From assembly GCA_021816935.1 (NCBI GenBank), contig JAKAWR010000010.1:42607-106606 (forward strand): a stretch of 64,000 bases of DNA, read 5' to 3'. A program made the position numbers and the translations under genes. The DNA is from Actinomycetes bacterium (GTDB taxonomy: Bacteria > Actinomycetota > Acidimicrobiia > Acidimicrobiales > JAMCPL01). Below, one piece after another: positions 10,568-20,376 of the stretch. Under the pieces are notes generated by a model. The model ran no database searches. It was not told the DNA's origin and saw only the letters and a list, made by a program, of their open reading frames with translations. The stretch's first letter is position 1, and every line of letters starts with the position of its first letter.

Positions 10568-12271
10568 CTACTTGCGTGCGGGGCGGTTTTCGGTCGGCCG
10601 TGATCGCGTCGCCGGAAGTAAAGGCTTCTCTACCTGGGAGAGCCTTACTTGTCGGCAGTTCTCGGGGTGGTGGGGGTCGTTCCCGGACACAAAGTCGCGC
10701 TTTCCTTTTCCCTCTACAAGTGACCAGTTTTCGCGGGTCTTCAGGTCGTGGTGGTAGCTGCAGAGCCTGTTGAGCTCCGATAGGACGGTAACGTGGCTGT
10801 CTGCCCACGGCGTTCTGTGGCCTACTTCCAAGAGCATGGTGGATGAGCAGCCTCTTGCCGCGTAGGTGGGATAGGTCCACTCGAGAGCGGTCTGCTGTTT
10901 GGTTGTCGGTCGCCTACCGAGGCGCACTACCGAGTGGACCTCTTCGGCCCTTGTCAGAACAGCGGCCAAGAAGGGATCTCCCGTATCTATCAGCTCTTTC
11001 GCGACAGATGGAGAAATGGGACCAACCCATGCGATTTCGCAGACCTCCCCTTCCTTCACGCGCCCCCTGACGATGGCAGCGTAATCGACGCGGACGATGA
11101 TCTTCGTCCGGGAAGCAAGCGCACGGATAGTTCCACCCTGGGGAGAGAACGCCTGGCGAGATCCACTGGTGGAGGCGAGCGAGCAGAGAGCCCCATCGTC
11201 GCCCGCGGGTGATCCCGTAGAAGAGGCCGGCGGAGCCGCATTCGCGGTCGTCGAAATTCCGGAAGGCGTATGAGCGTCACGTCGGCCTCTATTGTCAGTG
11301 CCGGGTCTGTCCGCAGAGCTGTCGTGGACTGTGGATACGCTGGCGAGCCGAACAGTGCCAAGAGGTCGGCCGCCTAGCGAAGCGGTGCCGTTGCCGGCAA
11401 GACGGGCGCTCTTGGGAGAGGTATTGGCGGGTGAGGCGTCCGCGGGAGGAAAACAGATGGGAGGGGTTTCTTCGCCGACGGCGAAGCGTTCGGGTCCTCC
11501 GGTGTACGACCGGTCAGCTAGTCGCACTGCGGTACTACCGGTCGCAGTGGCGTATTCAGATCTCGCTGTTGCCAGGGCATCGTCGAATACGGATATGAAC
11601 GAATCGAAGCCGTACGCCTCGAAAGGCTCACCCCGGCGCTCCTTGCGGGCCTCGTCGAAGGCCTTCTGGTGGCGCTGGTGGATCACGGCTTCGAGGAGTG
11701 CGAGCTGTTCAGGGTTGGCACCCGCCTTCAGGTGCCTCATGCCGTCTGTATCGGTGTAGCAGCGAAAATGGCGCTGGGAATGGATGGTCCACCGTCTCTC
11801 GTCGGGGTCTGTGACCTCACGCTTTACAGCAGCGCATAGGTCTTTCAGCTCTGCTAGGGAGTGGTCTTTCGTAGCAGCCAAGAGCTTCTCTTCAGCAAAC
11901 GGGTTCATCTTGACGGCATCCGAGATCGTTGCAAACTGGGACTCGGAGACATCTCCTGCAAGCGCCGTTCTTGCGAGCATGTCCTGGTGGCGTAGGCGAC
12001 GTCCCATCTCGATCGTGGACCTCGCATGACCGAGGCTGATCTTCTCCGTCCTTGCGATCCCGTGGGCGTCGGATCAGTCGGTCTCGGACGTGAACACGTG
12101 AGCCTCTGCCGCGACGCTTGCGGCCATGGTCTTCGCAGCAGCGGAAAGTCTCTCGATTCTCGACAGCGAACTTATCAGTCTCCCGACCTCTCCGCTTGGT
12201 ATTCTTTTCGGGTCGAAGGCCGCGAGGGCACCTTTGAGGTCTCTTTCGATCCGATAAGTAGCATCGAACAT
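10568..12271 (-). pseudogene. DUF222/HNH (13E12-type) gene interrupted by an in-frame TGA
   Basis: ORFs 12074-12280 and 10568-12007 are in the same frame, separated by TGA at 12074-12076 (ETD*SDAHGIAR). C-terminal HNH region degenerate (TYAARGC...LEVGHRTPW...LNRLCSYHHDLKT). Confidence 0.75.
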
Positions 12272-12279
12272 ATGTACCA
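12264..12279. promoter_or_regulatory. Putative LexA (SOS) box overlapping the DUF222 start codon
   Basis: TCGAAC-ATAT-GTACCA versus actinobacterial consensus TCGAAC-N4-GTTCGA (2 mismatches); includes the ATG TTC GA of Met-Phe-Asp. Confidence 0.55.
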
Positions 12280-12428
12280 TCGTAGCTGAGGGGTGTATTC
12301 GTTACCATCTTCCCGCCGGGTATTGTCAGGGCGAGGCGGCCCGCCGGGCGAGTCATGGCGGCCGGGCGTAGAGGGGATTGAGCCGATGGAGAGGTGGGGG
12401 CGAGCGGGATGAGGGCCCGGCGAGGCTC

Positions 12429-13370
12429 TTACGGCGGCGCGTTCGAGCCTGCAGCGCCGACGATGCTGGCAACGACAAGGAGCCCTCCAGCCAATTGGAG
12501 CCCTCGAAGGTGCTCGCCGAGGAACAGGTATCCGATGACGTTGGCCATCAGCGGAACGGCGAACGACGTGGTGGCGATGCGTGTTACGGAGACCCGGATC
12601 CTGATCAGGTGGACGTAGGCAAACCAGCCGATGGCACTGGTAGCGGCACTGAGAAGTAGCCATCCGGTCGGTTCGAGCACGCCAGTGGCAGCTTGGGGTC
12701 GCCACTGCTCGACCAGGGGATCGAATGCCACGAGCGCAACTCCCGCGAACAGGAAAGCCGGACCGAGCGTTGCCGTCAGGATCCCCACGTCTGTTTCTCC
12801 CGTCATTCGTGTCCAGCGAGGGTAGTGCCTCTGTCGGATCCATGCACCGGCTGCCGCCTGGATCGTCGAGCCGCCGGTCCAGCAGATCGCCGCGCCGAAG
12901 GCGAAGGCTACTCCCGTCGCTTCAACATGCCACCTACCCTCGGGAAGCAGCAGTAGCGCCGCCCCGGCAACGCCCGCTGCGACGCTGAGAAGCCGGCGAA
13001 AGGCAACCCGCTCCTTGAGGACCAGCCACCCGGCAACCGCGAACATAACTGGTTGCAGGTACACGAGCAGCGACGCGAACCCGCTGGTGAGGTAGCGAAC
13101 GGCATAGGCCATACCCAGTTGCAGGCCGATGACGTTCAGGAGAGCGACGAGCACTGTCACCACGATGACCCCCGGCTGGCGGATGCGCTGTTTGATGAGG
13201 AGCGAGAAAGCAAGAAGTATCAATCCGGTTACGATACTTCGAAGCCCGGTGAATAGTATCGGAGGATACAGGCGCAGAGCCTCTTGAGTGGTTGGCCATC
13301 CGAGCGCGAAGAAAACCACGAATACGATCGCGGTAAGGGTGATCCATCGCCTCTCGCTGCCGGGCGTCAT
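12429..13370 (-). CDS. EamA/DMT family transporter
   Basis: About 10 TM helices in two EamA repeats; YPPILFTGLR, ASLLVYLQP, LVLKER, LFLGEHL. Confidence 0.85.
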   Translation of the reverse strand: MTPGSERRWITLTAIVFVVFFALGWPTTQEALRLYPPILFTGLRSIVTGLILLAFSLLIKQRIRQPGVIVVTVLVALLNVIGLQLGMAYAVRYLTSGFASLLVYLQPVMFAVAGWLVLKERVAFRRLLSVAAGVAGAALLLLPEGRWHVEATGVAFAFGAAICWTGGSTIQAAAGAWIRQRHYPRWTRMTGETDVGILTATLGPAFLFAGVALVAFDPLVEQWRPQAATGVLEPTGWLLLSAATSAIGWFAYVHLIRIRVSVTRIATTSFAVPLMANVIGYLFLGEHLRGLQLAGGLLVVASIVGAAGSNAPP

Positions 13371-13529
13371 AGGGCGCTCCGGGAACCACCCGCCGGTCTT
13401 GCGGTGACGCCGGGAAGGTGCGAGGCTGCTATGTAAGCGGCGAGACCGCTATGATCGCGGCGAGGCCGCCGTGCTGGCGGCGAAACGGTGCCGCAGCACT
13501 GCACATGGATTGTCCGAGACGAGGTGGAG

Positions 13530-14759
13530 ATGCCTGAAGCCATAACTGAAGCGGATTTCGAGAAAGAAGCGCTGGCCTTTCTTGAGGCCAATGCCGAGCC
13601 GAGGAAGGAGGCGAAGGCGACTTGGGGCGAGGGTTCGGATTCGATGAGCATCTTTCCCGAGCGTACTCCCGAGGAGGACAGGGCGGACCTGGAGGCGGCC
13701 CGCGGGTGGTCCCGCAGCCGTTTTGACGCGGGGTTCGGTTGGATCACCGGGCCGGAGGAGTACGGTGGCAGGGCACTGGACCGCTCGTATCAGAGGCTGT
13801 ACGACTCGCTGGAGGCTCGATTCGACACCCCTTCACAGGCGGTGTTTGGCATCGGGCTGGGCATGATTGCCCCGACGATCCTTGCACATGCCATCCCGGA
13901 GGTGAGGGACCTCTACCTGAAGGGCCTCTACAGGGGAGATATCGTCGCGTGCCAGCTTTTCAGCGAGCCGAGCAGCGGGAGCGACCTGGCGAGCCTGCAG
14001 ACCAGGGCCGTCAAGGACGGTGACGAATGGGTGGTGAACGGCCAGAAGGTTTGGACTTCGGGGGCGCACCTTTCGGACATAGGCGAGATCATCTGCAGGA
14101 CCGATCCTGACGTGCCCAAGCACAAGGGGCTTACCGGTTTCGTGGTCGACATGCATGCTCCCGGCGTCGAGGTTCGCCCGCTGCGCCAGATGACCGGCGG
14201 AGCGGCGTTCAACGAGGTCTTCTTTACGGATGTGAGGATCCCCGATTCCCATCGCCTCGGCGACGTGAATGCCGGCTGGGGGGTAGCGCTCACGACGCTG
14301 ATGAACGAGCGGGCGGCCATTGGCGGCGGCGCTGGCGGTGTGGCGCTCGGGGGCATGGGCACCCACAGGTTGATACAACTGGTGCAGCATTACGGCAAGT
14401 CGAAGGACCCTCTCGTTCGTCAGAAGCTGGTGGACGTTCTTATCAACTACCGGGTCTCCTCGTACAATACGCTTCGCGCCATGGCAAAGATCAATGCCGG
14501 GCAGCTCCCCGGACCGGAGTTGTCCATAGCGAAGCTGTCGCTCACGCAGAATCTCATGCGGGTGTCGGAGCTGGTTTCCTCCGTGCTCGGGCCGAAGCTC
14601 GTGGCGGACAGCGGCGAGTGGGGCACCTACGCGTGGGGCGAGTTCCTGCTGTCCGTGCCGGGGATGAGGGTGGCTGGTGGCACTGACGAGATCATGCGCA
14701 ACATCGTCGGTGAGCGCGTGCTGGGCCTGCCCAAGGAGCCGTCACCCGGCAAGGCCTGA
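13530..14759 (+). CDS. Acyl-CoA dehydrogenase
   Basis: CQLFSEPSSGSDLA, VNGQKVWTSGA, FNEVFF and GGTDEIMRNIVGERVLGLPKEP; ATG 13530 after GAGGTGGAG. Confidence 0.92.
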   Translation: MPEAITEADFEKEALAFLEANAEPRKEAKATWGEGSDSMSIFPERTPEEDRADLEAARGWSRSRFDAGFGWITGPEEYGGRALDRSYQRLYDSLEARFDTPSQAVFGIGLGMIAPTILAHAIPEVRDLYLKGLYRGDIVACQLFSEPSSGSDLASLQTRAVKDGDEWVVNGQKVWTSGAHLSDIGEIICRTDPDVPKHKGLTGFVVDMHAPGVEVRPLRQMTGGAAFNEVFFTDVRIPDSHRLGDVNAGWGVALTTLMNERAAIGGGAGGVALGGMGTHRLIQLVQHYGKSKDPLVRQKLVDVLINYRVSSYNTLRAMAKINAGQLPGPELSIAKLSLTQNLMRVSELVSSVLGPKLVADSGEWGTYAWGEFLLSVPGMRVAGGTDEIMRNIVGERVLGLPKEPSPGKA

Positions 14760-14939
14760 CGGGCCAGGGCCAGGGCCAGGGGGACACCGTGCGCTCCTTA
14801 TCGTCATCCGATGGATGTGGTGGCGCATGCCGGCCGGACCCCGGACGGTCCTCGCCGGAAACCTGGATCTCGCGTTATCCGGGACCCTGCCTCCCGGCAA
14901 GGCTTGGCAGGCATGCAACCAAGAGGCAGTGCCGTCTCC

Positions 14940-15210
14940 GGCGGGGACCGCGATCTACGGGCACGGCGCAGGCAGTTGGCGGGGTTCTCCGTAGCCATGA
15001 GTCCCGTGACGGCGACCACGAAGGGGTCTTTCCTCGCAGTATGGCCGAGCGGGTCATCCCCGATGCCCACGGCGTCGGATCTCAACTGGAGCGAAGGTAC
15101 CACCATCGAACGCAGTCGTCGTTGAGGTGGGAACGGGAGGCAAGGTTTCCCTTTACAACAACGCAGGATCCGTCCGGGTGGTCTGCAATGTCGAGGGCTA
15201 CTTCGGCTGG
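14940..15210 (+). pseudogene. Frameshifted remnant of an actinobacterial secreted-protein repeat domain
   Basis: VTATTKGSFLAVWPSGSSPMPTASDLNWSEGTTI in one frame and VGTGGKVSLYNNAGSVRVVCNVEGYF in another resemble the 'SYLTVWP...PTASDLNW...GQVSIYNNAGS.DV.GYY' repeat recalled from actinobacterial surface proteins. Confidence 0.55.
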
Positions 15211-15238
15211 AGGTGTGACGCGGACGGGCCGGTGGAGT

Positions 15239-15958
15239 TCAGACGTCCACGCCCGGCAAGCGACTTTGCACACCCGCAGCCTGGCCGAAACGGGAGGCGA
15301 AGGACCAGCTCTTGCGGTGGAGATCCGAGAGGCCGGCCTGCTCCAGGCCGCGGATGTGGGCCGGCGACGGATAGCCCTTGCAGGACGCGAGGTCGTAATG
15401 GGGGTAGCGGGGGGCGAGCGAGCGCATCAGGTCGTCTCGCGTGACCTTGGCTATGACGGAGGCCGCCGCCACCGAGGCGCAGTAGGAGTCTGCCCGGGGA
15501 AGCATGGCTATCTCGGCTCGTGCAGCGCGGGCATCGTGGCCTGCCATGTTCACGAGGCCGTCTACCACGTATGCGGATGGCTGCAGGGCTGAGGGGAGGC
15601 CGTCCAGGGCACGTGTGAGGGCGAGCCTGAGGGCGGCCGACATGCCAAGTAGGTCGCACTCCTCCTGGCCGGCGTGGCCGACCGACGAGGCGGCGCACCA
15701 GGCCTTGACAGCTGGATACAGCCGCTCTCTGGCCTTCTCACTCAGGGCTTTGGAATCACGAAGGCCCGCGGGCGGCGGGCCACAGCCGGTGGCGACTACC
15801 GCTATTCCCACGGAAACCGGCCCGGCCCATGCCCCTCTCCCTACTTCGTCGACGCCGCCGATGAGAGCGTGGCCGCGGGCGAAGAGACGGGACTCCACGT
15901 CCAGAGTCGGTACGGGACGCCCCGAAGCACTAAGAGGGGCGGCGGGAGGCAGAGGCAC
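15239..15958 (-). CDS. rnhB: Ribonuclease HII
   Basis: GVDEVGRGAWAGPV, LRDSKAL, VVDG, SVAAASVIAKVTRD, KGYPS and HRKSW. Confidence 0.93.
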   Translation of the reverse strand: MPLPPAAPLSASGRPVPTLDVESRLFARGHALIGGVDEVGRGAWAGPVSVGIAVVATGCGPPPAGLRDSKALSEKARERLYPAVKAWCAASSVGHAGQEECDLLGMSAALRLALTRALDGLPSALQPSAYVVDGLVNMAGHDARAARAEIAMLPRADSYCASVAAASVIAKVTRDDLMRSLAPRYPHYDLASCKGYPSPAHIRGLEQAGLSDLHRKSWSFASRFGQAAGVQSRLPGVDV

Positions 15959-16363
15959 TGACTGGAGTTGCGATGGTTGATGTGTCAGAGTCCGAGCCCA
16001 TGGGTAGGAGGATTGCGGGCGCAGAATCGACCGGTTGGCCTGGGGTGCGTTCGGCGGTCGAAAGAGTTGCGGCTACGTGCTCGGGGGTGCCCCCGGATGC
16101 TGAACGAACATAGAAAGGTCGAGGCTGTCCAGGCCCGGTCATATGAGTGAAATCTCGGTAAACTCGGGTGTGCTCGTAGACATTCGCAGGGGCGACGAGT
16201 TAAACTGGTCGTGTACTCGCAGGGGCAGGCACTTGGTAGAGAGTGGATGAGACGGGAGCGAAGGCGGTGGCAGGATTAGATGGGTCCGGTCCGAGAACAG
16301 GCGGCAACGGTCAGAGAGCAGATGGGAAGTACCGGGGAGGACACGAAAGGCCATCGCCGGGGA

Positions 16364-16609
16364 ATGAACGTCGGAGTGAGCCAGGATCGGGATGGTGAGG
16401 AGGAACCGCAGGCGATGCTGCCGGCAGGTACTCACGTTGAGGTGAGGAATCGGTATCTCGGAACTTGGGCTCGGGGGTTCGAAGTTGTGGCATCGGTGGA
16501 TGGTACGTACGAGGTCCGGCGCATATCGGACTCGAGCGTTATGCCCGACGTGTTCAAGCCCGAAGATGTGCGGCCGAGCCGCCGCCGCCAAGGTCTCTGG
16601 TGGGCCTGA
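16364..16609 (+). CDS. Small conserved hypothetical protein (SH3/KOW-like beta fold)
   Basis: LPAGTHVEVRNRYLGTWARGFEV...YEVRRISDSSVMPDVF reads as a globular beta domain. Start uncertain. Confidence 0.55.
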   Translation: MNVGVSQDRDGEEEPQAMLPAGTHVEVRNRYLGTWARGFEVVASVDGTYEVRRISDSSVMPDVFKPEDVRPSRRRQGLWWA

Positions 16610-16686
16610 GGCTCTTTGAGAGCTGAGCGGGGTCACTGCCGGTGCCAACCTAGGCAGAGTCCGGGTGGCGGACACAGCTCGGGCGG

Positions 16687-16995
16687 TCAGATGTTCCCTG
16701 CGGCGCGCGCCTCATCCAGTGCTCCGATGAACTGATCCACGGGGAGCGCGACCATCGTTTGGGTCTTGAGGGTGCCCCTGGCGCCGAGGGCGGTGGCGAC
16801 CTTCGCCATGATTCGTTCGTCCGGTGCCTCCAGCACCGTGCAGAAGTCGTACTGGCCGAGCAGAGCCCACTGGGCGAGGACCTTGGCACCCATCTGCTCG
16901 ACTTCCGAGTTGACCTGACCAAGGCGCTTGGGATTGGTGTGCAGCGTTGACATACCGTCGGGCCCGAGTGTGGAAAGCATTAGAAAAGTCGGCAT
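16687..16995 (-). CDS. GYD domain protein
   Basis: MPTFLMLSTL...WALLGQYDF...EAPDE...ARGTLKTQTM. Confidence 0.85.
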   Translation of the reverse strand: MPTFLMLSTLGPDGMSTLHTNPKRLGQVNSEVEQMGAKVLAQWALLGQYDFCTVLEAPDERIMAKVATALGARGTLKTQTMVALPVDQFIGALDEARAAGNI

Positions 16996-17030
16996 AGGCG
17001 GAGCATAGCGCACAGGTGCGTTGACCGCCA

Positions 17031-17073
17031 CAAGATCCGGTGGCCAAGATCCGGTGGCCAAGATCCGGTGGCC
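17031..17073. repeat. Tandem repeat, 3 x 14 bp (CAAGATCCGGTGGC)
   Basis: Exact repeats in the divergent GYD/manB intergenic region. Confidence 0.9.
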
Positions 17074-18723
17074 GGGAACATGCGGCCTGCGTCATGGTGT
17101 CGGGGGCGTACCGGCGTGCCTCCCCCGAAAGGGGCGGTTTGGACGCGTCCGCTACAATCGGTAGCCGTGGAAGGAACCGTGAACCAGGGGGACGCCGCAG
17201 CTTCGTCAGGTGTTCCTACCGGCGAGTCGGGTGTCGTCGCTGCCGCGTCCGGCGGGCGGCTCGGGGCCATTTTCAAGGCGTACGACGTCCGCGGGGTCGT
17301 TCCGGCTGAGCTGGATCCGGATCGAGCCAGGGCAATTGGATTCGGTTTCGCGAAGCTGTGTCTGGGCGTGAAGGCCGGGGGCGGCACCGAGAGAGGGGGC
17401 AGCGGCGGCGACAGGGCGCCGGCCGTTGCCGAGGCCGGGGACCGCACGAGAATAGTTGTTGCACGAGATATGCGCCCCTCCGGCACTGAGCTGGCCGGAG
17501 CGTTCATGGCGGGTGCCCAGGCGGCCGGAGTATCCGTGGTGGATGCAGGCCTTGCTTCGACGGATATGCTTTACTTCTCCGCCGGGAGGCTCGATTGCCC
17601 GGGCGCAATGTTCACCGCTTCGCACAACCCGGCGCAGTACAACGGGATCAAGCTCTGCTACGAAGGGGCGCGCCCCGTTGGTCAGGAAACCGGTCTTGCC
17701 GAGGTGAAGCAGCTTGCCGAGAAGGCGCTCGAGACCGGAGAGCATCTCGGCCCGCCTGCGGACGGGACCCGGAGGGCTCAGGCCGACCTCCTTGGCGAGT
17801 TCGCAGAGCACGTCCTTTCTTTCGTGGACGTCAACCGCCTGGCGGAGCTGACCGTTGCAGCAGACGCGGCGAACGGGATGGGGGGGCTCGTCGTTCCGGA
17901 GGTTTTTGCCCGGTTGCCCTTCAGGCTGTTCCTTCTCTATCCCGAGCTCGACGGCACCTTCCCGAACCACCCTGCCGATCCCATTCAGGAGGAGAACCTC
18001 GCAGACTTGAAGAAGATGATTCTTTCTCAGGGGGCCGACGTAGGGCTTGCTTTCGACGGCGATGCCGACAGGGTTTTCCTCGTGGACGAGAATGCAAGAC
18101 CGGTGTCAGGCTCGACGACCACCGCGCTCGTGGCCGCTTCGATGCTCGAGAAGAACCCCGGTGCCACGATTCTCTACAACATCATCTGCTCGAAAGCCGT
18201 TCGCGAGACGATCGCTGAACTGGGGGGCATCGGTGTGAGGACGAGGGTGGGCCACTCCTTCATCAAGAAGGTCATGGAGGAGACCGGCGCTGTCTTCGGT
18301 GGCGAGCATTCGGGCCACTACTACTTCCGTGACAACTACCGTGCCGACTCGGGCCTTATCGCCGCGATGGTCGTGCTGGAATTGATGAGCCGGACGGGCA
18401 GGCGGCTTTCCGAGCTCGTGGCTCCCTACGACCGTTATACGACATCGGGGGAGATCAACCTGCATGTCGAGGATCCGGCCCGTTGCGCCGCGGAGGTTGC
18501 GTCCCTGGTCGAGGGCCGGGGTGTGGACTGCGACAGGACGGACGGGTTAACGGTAGACTTCGGGGACTGGTGGTTCAACCTGCGCCCGTCGAACACGGAG
18601 CCGCTTCTCCGGCTGAACGTGGAGATCGGGAAGGGCGGGGATGTGCAGGCGAAGGTCGAAGAGGTGCGCGGGATGATCGAGGCGGGTAGCGGCAACGGGG
18701 GACCGGAGATGAGACTGGAGTAA
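17068..18723 (+). CDS. manB: Phosphomannomutase/phosphoglucomutase
   Basis: FKAYDVRG, MFTASHNP (phosphoserine), FDGDADR, GGEHSGH and NLRPSNTEP. True start probably downstream (~17168-17180). Confidence 0.92.
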   Translation: MAGNMRPASWCRGRTGVPPPKGAVWTRPLQSVAVEGTVNQGDAAASSGVPTGESGVVAAASGGRLGAIFKAYDVRGVVPAELDPDRARAIGFGFAKLCLGVKAGGGTERGGSGGDRAPAVAEAGDRTRIVVARDMRPSGTELAGAFMAGAQAAGVSVVDAGLASTDMLYFSAGRLDCPGAMFTASHNPAQYNGIKLCYEGARPVGQETGLAEVKQLAEKALETGEHLGPPADGTRRAQADLLGEFAEHVLSFVDVNRLAELTVAADAANGMGGLVVPEVFARLPFRLFLLYPELDGTFPNHPADPIQEENLADLKKMILSQGADVGLAFDGDADRVFLVDENARPVSGSTTTALVAASMLEKNPGATILYNIICSKAVRETIAELGGIGVRTRVGHSFIKKVMEETGAVFGGEHSGHYYFRDNYRADSGLIAAMVVLELMSRTGRRLSELVAPYDRYTTSGEINLHVEDPARCAAEVASLVEGRGVDCDRTDGLTVDFGDWWFNLRPSNTEPLLRLNVEIGKGGDVQAKVEEVRGMIEAGSGNGGPEMRLE

Positions 18724-18726
18724 GCC

Positions 18727-19074
18727 GTGTCGCTGGATGATTTACTGATCGAGATACTTGCCTGCCCGGAGGACAAGGGATCCCTGCTCTATTTCAAGGA
18801 GAGGGATGTTCTGTACAACCCGCGCCTCAAGCGGGTTTATGCGATCAACGACGGGATCCCGGACATGCTTGTCGATGACGCCCGAACCGCAAGCGACGCT
18901 GAGCACGACGAGCTGATGGCGGAGGCGGCACAGGGTGGAGTCATCGAAACCATGACGAGACAGGGTGTCGGCGGTGGGGAAGTGGACACTGGCGATGCAA
19001 CGGAGGAAGGTGTAGCAGGCGCAACGGAGGAACATGCCAGCGGAAAGGGCTGGAAAAGCGGGTCCGAGTCGTGA
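18727..19074 (+). CDS. Trm112/YcaR family protein
   Basis: LIEILACPEDKGSL...YAINDGIPDMLVDDAR. Confidence 0.85.
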   Translation: MSLDDLLIEILACPEDKGSLLYFKERDVLYNPRLKRVYAINDGIPDMLVDDARTASDAEHDELMAEAAQGGVIETMTRQGVGGGEVDTGDATEEGVAGATEEHASGKGWKSGSES

Positions 19075-20225
19075 CTGACGCGTCGCGGGCCAGCCGGTTT
19101 GCGTGGGGCCCGGGCGACCTGCGTCCGGTGCCGGACTCTCTCGATTCCCTCGGAATGCGCCCGCTGGCGCGTCGCACGCCCGATCAGTTGATCCAGGGGT
19201 CAGAGGCTGCGATGGCCGTGGGCGTGCCGGACATCGCGGGCGAGGTGGGCAATGTCGTCATTTGCGGCATGGGGGGAAGCGCGTTCGCAGGTGAAGCGCT
19301 TGCGGCCCTGCCGGGGGGCTGCAGGGTGCCCGTGGCGGTCAACAGATCCTATGCCCTGCCGGCCTACGTGGACGCGCGTAGCTTTGTCGTCGCCGTGTCC
19401 TTCTCCGGCGAGACCGAAGAGACGCTCAGCTCGTTCCGGCTCGCAAGGGAAAGGGGCGCTCGGCTCGTGGCAATAGCGTCGGGAGGGACGCTCGAGGCGT
19501 TCGCAAGGGAGTGGGGCGTGCCGTTCGTCACGGTGGATGGGGCTATTCCCCAGCCGAGGGCGGCTTTCGGTGCTCTTTTCGGCGCTCTCTGGACGGTTAT
19601 GGGTCGTGCAGGGCTGATGGGCTTGGCGGAGGCGGAGTTGCCCGATGCCGCAGGGGAGGTGGGCGATTCCGCGGGGAAGGTACGCGACGCCGCTGGGGAG
19701 TTACGCGAGGCCGCAGAAGAGCTGCGAAAGAGCTTCCTGGCTGCGGAGAAGAACTTGTTCATACAGGACCTGGCAGCGAAGCTCTACGGCAAGATCCCGC
19801 TCGTGTGGGGCTCAGAGGGCTTTGCTTCGGCTGCGGCCACGCGCTTTCGGACCCAGGTGAACGAGAACGCCAGGATGCCCGCTTTCAGCTCAGTCGTACC
19901 GGAGCTCATGCACAACGAGGTGGCGGGTTGGGGCCAGCTCGGCGACGTGACACGCCAGCTCGTCGTGGCTGTCGCACTTCGCCACGACTACGAGCATCCA
20001 CAGGTCGCCAGGCGCTTCGAGCTTCTCCGGGAGATAGCGGGCGAGTCCCTCTGTGATATGGTCGAGGTCCGCGCGGCTGGATCGACTGCGCTGGCGCAGT
20101 TCCTGGACCTGGTTGCGGGCGCGGACCTGGTTTCGCTGGAGCTGGCCCGGGAAGAGCGTATCGATCCGGGGCCGGTTCCCCTGCTTGCAGATCTGAAACG
20201 CCGACTTGCGGATGTGCCATCCTGA
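19071..20225 (+). CDS. Bifunctional phosphoglucose/phosphomannose isomerase (SIS domain)
   Basis: GMGGSA, VSFSGETEETL, SGGTL, QPRAA, QVNENA and PELMHNEVAGW. Confidence 0.88.
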   Translation: MTDASRASRFAWGPGDLRPVPDSLDSLGMRPLARRTPDQLIQGSEAAMAVGVPDIAGEVGNVVICGMGGSAFAGEALAALPGGCRVPVAVNRSYALPAYVDARSFVVAVSFSGETEETLSSFRLARERGARLVAIASGGTLEAFAREWGVPFVTVDGAIPQPRAAFGALFGALWTVMGRAGLMGLAEAELPDAAGEVGDSAGKVRDAAGELREAAEELRKSFLAAEKNLFIQDLAAKLYGKIPLVWGSEGFASAAATRFRTQVNENARMPAFSSVVPELMHNEVAGWGQLGDVTRQLVVAVALRHDYEHPQVARRFELLREIAGESLCDMVEVRAAGSTALAQFLDLVAGADLVSLELAREERIDPGPVPLLADLKRRLADVPS

Positions 20226-20376
20226 CATGCGGCAGCGTGGCGACGGGGTCCGTGACCCCGGGAGCGGAATCCCGGAAGAGGCCGTCGGCGAGCCCCCCGG
20301 AGCGGGCAGGCCCAGCCGAGGCCACCCTGCCAGGTACGGAGCACCGATTGATCGATACAGACGGAAAGGGTAAGGA

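Noticed and set aside
12074-12076. Selenocysteine or programmed readthrough of the TGA in DUF222
   Set aside because: The position does not look like a Cys site, and other lesions in the HNH motif favour a simple nonsense mutation.
16184-16226. Direct repeat TCGCAGGGGC x2 at 33-bp spacing
   Set aside because: Could be an operator, but a 10-bp GC-rich pair is too weak without comparative data.
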